This document shows positions 12,976 to 25,740 of a stretch of 64,000 bases of DNA, piece by piece. A program made the translations under genes and the position numbers. Source of the DNA: Octopus vulgaris (lineage: Eukaryota). Location: assembly GCA_951406725.2 (NCBI GenBank), contig OX597815.1, positions 210,180,001-210,244,000 of the forward strand, given 5' to 3'. Positions within the stretch are counted from its first letter, which is position 1. Every line of letters starts with the position of its first letter. The notes under the pieces were generated by a model, which saw nothing but the letters and a program-made list of their open reading frames with translations, made no database searches and was not told the origin of the DNA.

Positions 12976-13450
12976 GAGTGAGAGAGCAGTGCATGCCATC
13001 AAAGTGACACTGGGGTAAAATATCCGAAGCCCAGTACCAGCATCATGACTACCCGTCTGATAAGGATACACTAGGCACATGCATCACAACCATATGTGCG
13101 TGACTTGGTGATCTCATATCAAGATAAACAGAACATGACCTTGCACGTGGGGCTCAGCTAGAATTTTCTTTCTGGTCGAATAACCCACCCCGCTCAAAAG
13201 GTCCCTGAATAAGGGTTGTTTAAGAATGTTCAATGAAACACCCATGTTTCCAGAGGTGAATTATTCAAACCCCCAAGAATCCCTCTCAACACATGGCTAT
13301 GATACTCGCCCACTACTTCTGCTCATGATCAGAAGGAACATGTTCAACTGGTTAAGGCCAAACAACTGACAAGCAAATCTGTGGTATTGAGCAGGATATT
13401 TGCTGTAGCCCATCTTTTATACCAAGAGAAAACAATGTATTAAAAAAACA
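12976..13450. mobile_element. Complex segment bounded by (TTA)n tracts; probable retroelement fragment of unassigned family
   Basis: Higher-GC ~470-bp block with TTA repeats on both sides, next to an R4/Dong-like fragment. No ORF recognised. Confidence 0.35.
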
Positions 13451-13451
13451 T

Positions 13452-13462
13452 TGTTATTATTA

Positions 13463-13526
<64 letters not shown>

Positions 13527-13553
13527 CATTATTATTATTATTATTATTATTAC

Positions 13554-13598
<45 letters not shown>

Positions 13599-13626
13599 CA
13601 TTAATATTATTATTATTATTATTATT
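13452..13626 (+). repeat. (TTA)n microsatellite
   Basis: Direct inspection. Confidence 0.95.
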
Positions 13627-13847
13627 CAGTAGTATATATTTTATAGCGTGTTTTCACTTCACTACCGAGCGCAGCTCTGTGTGCCTTGGGTATGTGCTGT
13701 GATTTGTTGTGATGCTCTGATGGTTATTGTATGGAAAGAGTTCTGCGTAGGATGTGTGCGGTGCCTAGTAGTGCAATTTTCTGTATGTTATATGTGTTTG
13801 TAAGTCATGGTGGTTTTGTTATGTATTTGTCTGAATATTTTTTATCA

Positions 13848-13848
<1 letters not shown>
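13627..13848 (-). mobile_element. 5'-truncated R4/Dong-like non-LTR retrotransposon 3' end inserted in (TAA)n
   Basis: The minus strand encodes TYNIQKIALLGTAHILRRTLSIQ* (stop 13724-13726), resembling the C-terminus of R4/Dong RLE-type ORFs. Dong elements are known to target TAA repeats. Confidence 0.7.
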
Positions 13849-13905
<57 letters not shown>

Positions 13906-13939
13906 ATTATTATTATTATAATTATAATTATTATTATTA

Positions 13940-14000
<61 letters not shown>

Positions 14001-14044
14001 CATTATTATTATTATTATTATTATTATCATTATTATTATTATTA

Positions 14045-14096
<52 letters not shown>
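13849..14096 (+). repeat. (TTA)n microsatellite
   Basis: Direct inspection. Confidence 0.95.
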
Positions 14097-14100
<4 letters not shown>

Positions 14101-17100
14101 TTTTCCTATGATACTACAAAGGTTTACAATATATATCAAGACTATAATCGTTAGACTTTACAATTGAGCTAGACTCATGAACACTTATTTATAAATATGT
14201 TTATGATTATAACTATTTGTACGAAATCTCTTTCATCTTTTATTGAAGGTAATATATACCAGTAATGCCAGCTTTGGTCTGGTGGGTTTCGAATATTGAT
14301 ATTAGTTTTCTGCTTTCTCAATCAAAGCTGTGAGTATTACCTGAATTATCTTGACTCTATATTTCTGAGATTGGATATAGGTTGAGCTTTCTGATTTCGC
14401 TTTTCGAATTATACCTTGTTATATTGAACAATCCGATTCTTCGGGGAATTTCTTTCATTGCGCTATTTTCAACTTACTTTAGGTAGTGTGCTTAATCAGT
14501 TTTCTATATTCGTCTCCAGACATTTTACTTTCAATATTGTTCCCATGATGCTTTTCAGTTTTGCAAATTTCTTTAGTGCTTTGTTTTGAATGGATATGTC
14601 TTAGCATTGTATAATAACAGAATGACAATTGCGTTTTATGTATATATTTTAGGTTTTTTCTGTGAAGGAAACAAATAACATATTTTCAATCTATTTATAG
14701 CTATTCAATTTGAATAAATAAATTAAAATGTGTCTGGTAGAAATTATAGAAGATATGCAGATTTTTTTATATTAAATTTTGTGTTTTAAATGGATATTAT
14801 ATAAGTAGGGAATTTTATTTCTTTCTCATGTTAAAGAACAAATAAATTGCGCCGACACACTCTAATATGGTATATAATCAGTTAATTCGAATCAGTCAGA
14901 CTTATGTATTTCTTTAATTGAACTAATCATGTTTTCTTTCTAAGTTTCTTTAATGTCTACTTTTCAAACCTCATTTGTGCTCTTCTGGTCCGATTTTATT
15001 TCCAACGTGTGTAGTTTTCAGACAGTCGTTTCATTTACAGTAATTTTCACTTATTAATTTGAATCGGTTTTTTTTATCACTCTATCAAGAGTCTGACCGC
15101 ACGATGTAAATACTTTTCTTGGATTTAGAAAAATCCTTGCAAAGAAATCCATAACCGCAGACATGGTTGTAATGTGAAGAATACTGGTTCGCGTCGTCAC
15201 ACTTTCTCGCACTTCAGTGTACTGTATTCTGCCACTGTTATTGATCAACCAAGGTCACGGAGCCAAGTGAGTAATTTTGTGATCAATGGAAATTATGTGG
15301 AAAGCTGGTCATGTTTGCTTTTTTGTGTAACAGAATAAATCTGCCACCCATTTTCACATCCCGAATTCGGTATCTTTAACCTTATACATCTGACCAGAAT
15401 ATAACCTCCTCCGAGCAGTCTCAGAGATGCCATACTATCCATTTTTCAGTTATGCTCGGAGTAACTGGCAAGATAACTACCAAATGGTTACGCTTGGTTT
15501 TTGTTTTAACGACAAGTCATTTTCTAACAGGAAACGATGACCAGTAATTCTTAATGGAAACTTTGTTATTATTTCTTTAAAATATTCTTTAAAATTTTCA
15601 ATTTTTGAGAGTTAAATTATTTTGCATGATTCAGATTTTGACTAAGAATGCAATTGAGTTGGTTTCCAGCATAAGTTTGCATCCGTAATTTTCTACCCTA
15701 TTGGAGAATAATGTTATCTAGACGGATAGCATTATTAGCAGTAGGTCAGCGTCAGAAAATAAGTGATTAAAGAAACATAGATGTGATATTTAGGAATATG
15801 ATTCATTTTAAATCATTAACAGAGAATAAATTTCATCTAATTTTAGACCAGAGCAGAGACGGCTGAAATTAATAGCATTCTAAATTAGCTGCATAGACGT
15901 TGTTTTGCATCAGGTCACCGGTAGAACGTGTGAGTTTCTTAAATATTTGACAACAAAAGGATAGCTTACGTAGCTGATAGAAATTAACACTGTAAGCGAT
16001 AGCAATGCTTTGGAATTGAAGTGTAATTCATAAGATGTTTGCTCTGCCAAGTTCAACTTACGTCATTGAAGAAAAAAGAAGCAGTTTTAAAAGACCAGCT
16101 GGCTATGCATTGGCCACGTAGAGAAATGTGATTAGAAATGAATAAAATAACAGCGGTAATATCAAAATGTAGAACTTTGCGTGTGGAACCGATATACAAA
16201 TATGGTTTTATAAAAGGTCGTTATAGAAAAAAAAAAGCAGTTTTTGGAAGCATCTAATTTTAAAGAATTTTGTTTGCATAATTTCTTGAATGTTTTTCTG
16301 TTTCAGGAAAGGAAAGACTAACAAATAAACAAACACTATTTCTTCATATCCTTCGTTTAAATATTAGTAATATTGAAATTGTCACAATTTTCTATTTATT
16401 AACTTCATTAGTAATATCATATCTTGAAGAAATGATATTTCACATTTGTGGGAGTGTTTTTTCTCTCTCTCTCTCTAGAAACTGCATTCATGCACACACA
16501 CTTGCGCAATATCCACACATTCCCGCACACAAACATAAAGATATACAGACACGCTAACAAATTAACACACGCACTCATACTCACATATATGTTTCTGCGT
16601 ATGCGGTATGAGTGTGTTTATGTTTGTATGCTCACATATTAATGCATGAATCATTGGTTTCATATAATTCTTTATTACTTTATTCAATACGTGTGTTTCT
16701 ATTTGTATATTCAAACGTTATTCACACACACACACACATGTACACACATATAAAGATACACATATGCGTGTGTACATACCTGCACGGGCGTTTTCTATAT
16801 CTGAGCACCTGTATATGTTCGTTTCGTTTCTATGTGTATGAGTGGGTGCACGCGCACGTGTTTATGTTCATTAAATACCTGAAGTTCATGGCATGCACTA
16901 CGATGAACGTCACCGTTTTAATTAGTAAATACCTTTCGAAGTATTCCATTTAAATTTCATTTTATGACTGTTTGTTTCTATTCCTGCCCTCAGTCAGTTG
17001 TTAATGCTCTCTCTCTCTCTCTCTCTCATTAAAGCCTGAACTTGCATTTGCAGTTCTTACTAAATTATTTTAGTTGTTCTTACACCGATAACGTTACACA

Positions 17101-17468
17101 CATTATACTGCAAACATACCGGCTAATTTTGAAAGAAAATCGGCATTTGTTTTGTACCTGCTGCCGATAAAAGACCGCGCGTGCGCGGTGGATTTTGAGA
17201 AGTTATAATATGTAAACACGAGGCATGTTCTTTATCGCCTCGTTTTTATACGATATTCTTGGCTTTCCTGCTGATGGCAGCTTCATCAATGAAATTATTT
17301 AATTTACTAAAGATTGCTTGAAACCATGGTACAGGAAATAGAGGGTAAATGTTCTTATTTTTCATTCCATTTCGAAATTACCCCTAATAGTGGTTTTGAG
17401 TTTAACTACTCTTTCTAGCGACTCAAATGTCATATTATGGCCATCTCTCATGTGCTTAAATGTACACT

Positions 17469-17500
<32 letters not shown>

Positions 17501-17505
<5 letters not shown>

Positions 17506-17695
17506 ATCCAAACAAGAAAACACAAAAAAAAACACAACAACGCGAGGACGTGGAACAAATAAAGTATTATTGGACGCTCAGGAAAGAAGGGAAGAAGGAG
17601 GGTTTAACGTTTCGAGCGGAGCTCTTCGTCGGAAACATAGGAGAAGGAAATATCCCGAGAAGGGAAGACAGAGGAAAAAAAATCGCCAGCGGTAC
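17501..17695 (-). mobile_element. PLE-like terminal fragment in (TA)n carrying a minimal hammerhead motif (17602-17636)
   Basis: A highly similar second copy lies at 61337-61570. Minus strand reads GUUU-CCGACGA-A-GAGC-ucc-GCUC-GAAACGUU-AAAC. Confidence 0.65.
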
Positions 17696-18210
17696 TCATA
17701 TATATAAATATATATATCATAGTTATCCTCATATAATTTCACGTCAATAATATTTTCGTTCTATTGCTGTAAAATCTTGCTACCTCAACTCTAAATGATT
17801 AACTGCAGAATTAATCTGTCCAGGATCATATAAATAATGTGAGTTTTATTTAAAATATCTTAAATCGTATTTGGCTTCGGTTTGTTGCTGGTCAACAAAC
17901 CATATAGAAACCTCACCATCATTCCGTATTTCGGTTGCGTATTACCTCCGGATTTTCTTGTGCGGCTTTTTGTGAAAACTTCATACATGTCATTCGTGGA
18001 CCGTAATAGCAGAAAATAGCTGAAGGAGCAGCATATTACTCACTCATTTTCTTATTTAAACATATTTTTTTCATATAGCTTTTCCCAAGGGTACTGGAGA
18101 GCCGGAGTTACATTGGATATTCTTCGTTTTTATCATCTAGAGACGTCTTGAATGAGCAGATCTCTGATCAAAGTCATTCAAATAGTCATCTTAATATTTC
18201 TCCTTCCGAA

Positions 18211-18441
18211 GGTGGGGAACTGGTAGAAACATTAGCACGCTGGGCGAAATGCTTAGCCGTATTTTGTCTGCCGCTACGTTCTGAGTTCAAATTCCACCGA
18301 GGTCGACTTTGCCTTTCATCCTTTCGGTGTCGATTAAATAAGTACCAGTTACACACTGGGGTCGATATAATCGACTTAATCCCTTTGTCTGTCCTTGTTT
18401 GCCCTCTCAGTGTTTAGCCCCTTGTTTGTAGTAAAGGAATA
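18211..18441 (+). mobile_element. SINE family A, tail type 1
   Basis: Matches the 7410 copy, including the TTTGTCTGTCCTTGTTTG tail. Confidence 0.85.
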
Positions 18442-18610
18442 GGTATTTTATCTGTCTTTATGTTCTGAGTTCAAATTCCGCCGAGGTCGACTTTGCCTTT
18501 CATCCCTTCAGGGTCAATAAATTAAGTACCAGTTGCGTACTGGGTTTGATCTAATCGACTGGCCACCTGCCCCAAAACTCCGAGCCTTGTGCCTGGAGTA
18601 GAAAAGAATA
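18442..18610 (+). mobile_element. 5'-truncated SINE family A, tail type 2, abutting the previous copy
   Basis: Repeats the B-box and central domain, then GCCTTGTGCCTGGAGTAGAAAAGAATA. Confidence 0.85.
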
Positions 18611-19034
18611 GTTCTCCTTCCGATAAGGTGTACTCGGACTACATCAATAAAAGTTCACTTATTTTCTGTGTTCTTTTAAAAAATCAAAACTGTATATTAT
18701 TATCAGAAGGATAACAATATCGGATATCTATTTTTAGCATGTAGCATGATCAGATACAATATCCTATTTTGGGCCGTGTTTAATTGAAAGTTTATCATTT
18801 AAATGTTAATATTCTTTTCCTTTGTTTGGCCTTGTAATCTGATAATCCTGAAATATCCTCTTTTTAAATACCAGCCTGGTTCACTTTACAATCCTTTCTG
18901 TATGTCTCTAACTTCAAAGGCGTTTACTTTAATTGTATCATTATCATTTGGCATCTATCTCTCATTTTAAAATTACAGCCATTTCTAATAACCTATAAGT
19001 TTGTTTTCTTTTTACTTACAATTAGTATACTGAC

Positions 19035-19067
<33 letters not shown>

Positions 19068-19551
19068 TTTTAACGTGTTAAACCCTTTTGTGTTTTACAA
19101 TAGTATTAAGTTTATTATACAAATACTTTTTTGTATATTTTATAGAATTTTTTATTCTATTTCATTCCTTTTACCTAGAGTTGTTCCTGCTGAAAATGAT
19201 GAACGTGTTTTAGAACTCTTTTCATTTACTTGTTTAGTCTGTTCAAAATGTTTGCTGACTTTGTATTACGATCTTAAAATTAGTCAGATTTCAATTATTA
19301 TCGAATATCTATGAGCAAATATTTAATGAAACCTGCTCTTTCTGTTACTTTAAACTCAGAACAAACTTATCTTAAAATAAAAACGAAAATAAAGCAAGCG
19401 AAATAACTCCAGTAAAACGAAAAATAAAGAACACACGACTTGTCAGAATTGTCATTTTATAATCGCAAAATGAAAGAAATCCATATTGATTAGAAAATAA
19501 CAACAGTTACAACAACACATCAGTGTAATCACCAGCAGCACCAGTATCACC

Positions 19552-19586
<35 letters not shown>

Positions 19587-19842
19587 CGATAATGATAATA
19601 ATAATAATAATAATAATAACAACAATAATAATGATGATATTGATAATAACAGCAGCAACAACAAAAATAAAATCAACGATGATAATAATAATTCAAAAGA
19701 TAATACCAACTACAAAGACAACAATAAAATACACAATAAAAAGAAAGAGAAAATAAGATGATTATGATAATAATGATGTAGAAGAAGAAGAAGAAGAAGA
19801 AGAAGAAGAAGAAGAAGAAGAAGAAGAAGAAGAAGAAGAAGA
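19552..19842 (+). repeat. (AAT)n-rich and (GAA)n microsatellite region
   Basis: Direct inspection. Confidence 0.9.
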
Positions 19843-21686
19843 GTATGACGAAGAAGGAGGAGAAAGAGAAAAGCTTCAACGACTTCATCAAATCTAATAA
19901 ATATGGAAAGAGCTCATGGAAAACTGTCATTAAGATTAAAAAGCCATAAATGATTTGCTTCCTAACATGAATGATTTTGAAAATGATTTAAAAGAATACG
20001 ATACCTTTGTGTTTTAATGTTGTTGATAGCATTCTCAAAAGATAATCATTTCAATTTTTTTTCTTTGTTAAGTGTCTTGTTTACATTTCAGGAATGATAT
20101 AGGATTATTTTATTTCCACTGCGTTATATAAAAAAAATATGTTCAATCCTTTCGTACAAGCTAGTCGGAATGACAAAGCGATTTAAAGCGTTTCTCTAAA
20201 TTCAATGATTAATTCTAAGTAGAAAAATTATATTTTTCTATCAATACTAGGAATAGCTGATTCAATGTTATTGTTGTGTTACATGTATTATGTTTTAGTT
20301 ACAGCTAATACGTCCTACATAACAGACTCTTCGATGTAGTTTTATGCATACCTTGAATTATTATAGCAAACTATTTTCAAAAGATGAACCTTTATAAGAT
20401 TTCCAAATCTTTTTGTATCTGGCGCCGTGTTTAAGTGTTACTAATGTCTCGACTATGATAGAAACACGGAGAAGACAGCTGCTATGCAATTATTATTTTG
20501 AGACAAATAATTCTTTTATGATTCAAACAGTTGATGTAATTATTTTCAAAAATTATTAATTAACTATTATGTTGTTTGTTGATTTTAATTAATCGTTCAC
20601 GTATTTACAACAATATTTGCTTGCATACTAAAATTAGATAATCATATTTAGAATGAAAAATTATATATTGGAGATACGTCGGTTAAATATAAAACTAAAG
20701 ATTAAGTCTTGAAAACTGAAGGATTTTAATTTGGTTGAATAGATACTCAGAAAAGTTAAAACATGAATGAAGAAATTTGCATAACTTAAGATGGTTTATT
20801 CCAGGTTAGATCCTACATCTAAATGTTATTTCTTCTTTTCATAAAGAAAATATCCCACATCTATCATTCTCGAGATCCCTTCCGAGACGATTTCATTTTG
20901 ACTTGCTCAAGCAAATTGGGTTTTCAAAGAAAATCTTCCTTAAAAGGATCTGTTTCCGAAGTGACTACTGCAGCCTCTGACCTTCCAACGATATACATAC
21001 GTTGTGTCATATAAATAAAGATTTTACTCTACAGCAGTTACTATTACATAATTTAAATACATAGATACGTACATACATATATGCATGCATACATATTTAC
21101 TGAAATACTTACCTACGTAAGTGTTTGTTAGCAAAGTATTGACATAGACAACACATCGCTATCGAAGGACAAAATCTGATAGAAGCCACCAGATTAGGCT
21201 ATCTACAAAGTACACACAAAAATTTTATGTAACATTTTATATGAATCGTTGATATGAACGATGCTCCACAAACTGCAATACACACACAACAAATGTATGT
21301 ATATATGTAAATGTTTGTATAATATATATGCATATGCATGCGTGTGAAGCATTGATGACGTATAATGCATTGAGTGAGTAAGTATAAATGATATCTAACC
21401 AGTTAAAACAGAAACACTTCAATAAAACGTTAGGGATTTTCAAAATAATGAGATAATCGTTATTCAGAAAGGAGCCTTTAAAAGTTGGTTCAACCTGAAA
21501 AAACAAAATGATTGCCAAATCTTTATTTAATATATAACACATTGTCATCGTAAATGAGGAAGGATATATCAGGCATTCATGTAATTCTGCATTAATGCAT
21601 TAAATTACAGGTATGGTCATGGTAGGAGTCCGTATATGTCTGCTCTGTCGAAGCTGATTTACGGTAAATAAAACAATAATAACTGC

Positions 21687-22211
21687 ATATTTCTGTAGCA
21701 GACTTCCCAAGTTTAACGCAAAATTTCGCGTTGGCTCTTTGTTCTAACTTCCTGTCCTTAAAAAAATCGCAGACTACAGCATATACGTGATTACGAAAAC
21801 ACAAATTTCACACTTGCGAAGTAAAAACAACATCACTCGGCACACTGCGTCATGAAGATCACAGCTAGCTCTCATTTCGAATGCAACCGTCTGCTTCTCT
21901 CTGTCGATGCGCTACAGAACTAGCCCAGGGACTATTTGATACCTTGACATAGTTGAAAATAGTTCTCTACTTCCTTTCTAAGTTGACTTCCCTCACGTAT
22001 GTACCTTATACTCGTATATACTTGGGTGCTTGATATATCTGTCTTTCGCTTCCACACACTCTTACTTACGTTTCTCTCGACGTATTTAACAAACAAATTT
22101 GATAAACAGTTCTTATCTCTCCGATTAAATATTTTGCTCGAACAACAGGCATCACTTCTTTCTCAAGGCACAAAACTTTTCCCCTCACTTTGAATTTTTA
22201 CTTATGAGCAT
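21687..22211 (-). repeat. Left arm of an inverted duplication, including a mariner 5' fragment
   Basis: Reverse complement of 24746-25202. Encodes KDRKLEQRANAKFCVKLGKSATE (mariner transposase N-terminus). Confidence 0.9.
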
Positions 22212-23516
22212 CTTAAGAAGAGACAAGAGTTTATAAACAATCTTATATATATGTACAAAATCAATTCGATTATTTCATGAATTCTCCAGAGAGTATTTTA
22301 CAAATATTGCCTCCGATTAATCTCTCGAACTTAGCGTTATGCTTCTTGAACTTATCCATTTTCTTAATGTCAAAGAAAATTACATAATCAACGGACTGGT
22401 TTCTGTCTCAATGGTATCAAATATATTTTCCCAGTGAATGTGATTACAAAGTCCACTTTCAAACCACATTTACAGAAAACATATATTTTAAACCACTTGA
22501 CGTTGGGTTCGTTGTACTGTGCAGTATTTTGAACAAATGTCTTGCACTATAGTCCCAGACTGACCAATATCTTGTGAATTTTCAACCGTTTCACAGCCGT
22601 TGATCTTTTGTAGACATACCCGTAACTAGCGGTTTTGCAAAACGTGTGTATATCACGTTATGTAAAAGGCATTTGCGTTTAATGGGAATTTGAGATGTAT
22701 CTCTACTGTAATAGGTATATAAGATTACTTTTTTTTAAATCTAGGGTGTTTAGCAAATTTATAATCTTACCGTTGCTATATACTTACTCATTATTCATAT
22801 GTTTAGTATTAAAACTATTATGTTTACATTTAGAATTACTGTTTGTAGTATTATTTTTATGACTATTTCTATTATTACTTTTGACTAATGAACGTATAAA
22901 AAACTCACAGCATATAAATACATTGTATCAGCTTTCTTCATTTTCGATTTATATAAGTAATGTTTATTTCGTTACTTCTATTTATCAGCCCGCTACCATA
23001 TTCCTAAATGTGTTGGATTATAACTGCTTAGTGATAAACTCACGTAAATAAGCCCACCTCTACTTACTTCCGTTCCGCTTCCCTAAATGATCGTATGCTT
23101 TTACTATTCTGTTACCACTGTTTGCATTATTCGTATCAAAAAATATATACGCTCCTTTATACATACGTGTGTAGACGAGTTGGTATTGGATAAATCTATT
23201 TGCAAGACGAGTTTTCTGAAGATGTTACTCCTTTTAGAAAATTCACATATCAACCACTAGCAGTCAAACAAACATACATAAGTGTAATTCTCCTTATACT
23301 GACATTCATACATACACCATTTAAACGAATACAAACACAGAACCTCACAAATAAAGCTTCAGATGAAATCATTTACAAATAAAATATAAATACAACATGG
23401 CGTTCCGGTTGGCACTCAAACTCTCCCACACATGCACATAACTTTGAACAGACCAGCATATGCTATATCAAACTGTTGAAAGGAACATGCATACACACAC
23501 AAGCGTTCGCACCACA

Positions 23517-23911
23517 TCTTTATATATAAAAGTGAGGTTGTGTGCTGCCTGTCTCCTACGATTTAGATTCCTAACTACTCCCACATTTTGCAGTGCAGTT
23601 TAACCAAAACCGGGTATCTTATAGTCGTGATGCATATCGAGCCCTTCTGGGTATTAGCGCGCATCTACGATGAGTTTACGATTTAAAAAAAAATTACTAT
23701 CAATTTTCCCCATTTTAATGCATTTTTGGCATATATAAGGGAAGTAACTCTCTAAAAATTTATTATTAAATCTCAGAACGTAAAAAGCTACAGTAACTCC
23801 CCCCCTTTTGTGGTTAGCCATATTGAGATGGCTATTATACTTTACATCTCTAAAAATTCTTATATAGTTATCTCCCTTACAAACCCGAGCAACGCCGGGC
23901 GATACTGCTAG
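23517..23911 (+). mobile_element. Non-autonomous Helitron, copy 2
   Basis: A|TC start, hairpin, CTAG|T end. Closely similar to 1374-1721. Confidence 0.85.
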
Positions 23912-24607
23912 TAGAAGATATATACACATCGAATGAAAACACGTCGTACAAATATTATCTACCATCGCAACACAACTGTTTGCTGCCGTTGTTTTAACAA
24001 TTCACATATGAAAGTGAAATAACATCACTTGATCTTTATAAAACTTCGAGACTCTCGCCATAGCTGTTGTGTGTATAATAATGAAATTATTTGTTCACAG
24101 AACAAAGTACACAGTAATTAGTTTGAAGCCCATAATTTTCATGAAATTGTATTTATTGAACAGATGATTATATTTTTTAATATAATGTGAAATAAAATTT
24201 TTGTATGGAATCAGATTTCTAAATTACTTTATCATTGCACCTAGGCAATTTAATGCTTATGCATTTAGAATTGATAAATTGGATTGTGTCGACAGTTTTA
24301 TCCATGTTTCACAAAGTAGAACAGAATCTGAATTGTTGCCAAGATTTTCCAGTAACAGTGTGATGTTCGTAGAAAAGAAGTTAGGCATAACTATTCACTT
24401 TTTTTTTACGTATTATAACATTTATTGTACTGCAACTTTTGAAAAATGTCTTTTCCTTCTCTTTGCTTAATCAATGCTCAAAATATGAATTGATTTACTT
24501 TTGTAATAATATCCCGCTTTTCAAGATTGGATTCGAAGATTCAAATCATGTACAATAGTAATAAATCCTATCGAAACGCGTCAAAGGCAATTTGCATAAC
24601 GATATAT

Positions 24608-24644
<37 letters not shown>

Positions 24645-24745
24645 CACTCATATATATATATATATATGATACTTAAAGAAGTTTTAGCTTTGCACGTTGC
24701 AAGTATTAAAATTCTTTCTATCATGAAGTTACCGTAATCATCAGT

Positions 24746-25202
24746 ATGCTCAAAAGTTAAAATTCAAAGTGAGGGGAAAAGTTTTGTGCCTTGAGAAAGG
24801 AATGATGCCTATTGTTCGAGCAAAATAGTTAATCGGAGAGATAAGAACTGTTTATCAAATTTGTTTGTTAAATACGTCGAGAGAAACGTAAGTAAGAGTG
24901 TGTGGAAACGAAAGACAGATATATCAAGCGCCCAAGTTATTACGAGTATAAGGTACATACGTGAGGGAAGTCAACTTAGAAAGGAAGTAGAGAACTATTT
25001 TCAACTATGTCAAGGTATCAAATAGTCCCTGGGCTAGTTCTGTAGCGCATCGACAGAGAGAGGCAGACGGTTGCATTCGAAATGAGAGCTAGCTGTGATC
25101 ACGTCTATGCTGTAGTCTGCGATTTTGTTAAGGACAGGAAGTTAGAACAAAGAGCCAACGCGAAACTTAGCGTTAAACTTGGGAAGTCTGGTACAGAAAT
25201 AT
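24746..25202 (+). repeat. Right arm of the inverted duplication, including a mariner 5' fragment
   Basis: Reverse complement of 21687-22211 apart from a ~65-bp indel. The transposase remnant continues ...TEILSMLRPAYG. Confidence 0.9.
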
Positions 25203-25332
25203 TGAGCATGCTTCGGCCAGCTTACGGACGCTTCAAAAGCTGAAGAACTTCCCTGGAAGATTTGCCACGAGCCTCAATGTCGGGAATGTTGTATTGTGCA
25301 TCGAGAATTCGTTGTATTATGTATACGTATTA

Positions 25333-25740
25333 CTCGTTACTCTTTTACTTGTTTCAGTCATTTGACTGCGGCCATGCTGGAGCACCGCCTTTAATCGAGC
25401 AACTCGACCCCGGGACTTATTCTTTGTAAGCCCAGTACTTATTCTATGGGTCTCTTTTTGCCGAACCGCTTAGTGACGGGTACATAAACACACCAGCATC
25501 GGTTGTCAAGCAATGCTAGGGGGACAAATACAGACACACACACAAACATACACACAGACACACACACACATATATATATAAATATATACGACGGGCTTCT
25601 TTCAGTTTCCGTCTACCAAATCCACTCACAAGGCTTTGGTCGGCCCGAGGCTATAGTAGAAGACACTAGACCAAGGTGCCACGCAGTGGGACTGAACCCA
25701 GAACCATGTGGTTGGTAAACAAGCTACTTACCACACAGCC
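25333..25740 (-). mobile_element. SINE family B, near full length
   Basis: Tail TACTCTTTTACTTGTTTCAGTCATTTGACTGCGGCC through head CTTACCACACAGCC. Confidence 0.9.

Noticed and set aside
12595-14154. Poly-I/D/N/Y/L/M ORFs
   Set aside because: These are translations of trinucleotide microsatellites. The same applies to the many [12 protein letters not shown] ORFs across the window.
15163-15266. Signal-peptide-like frame needing TGA>TGG RNA editing
   Set aside because: Purely speculative; no homology or transcript evidence.
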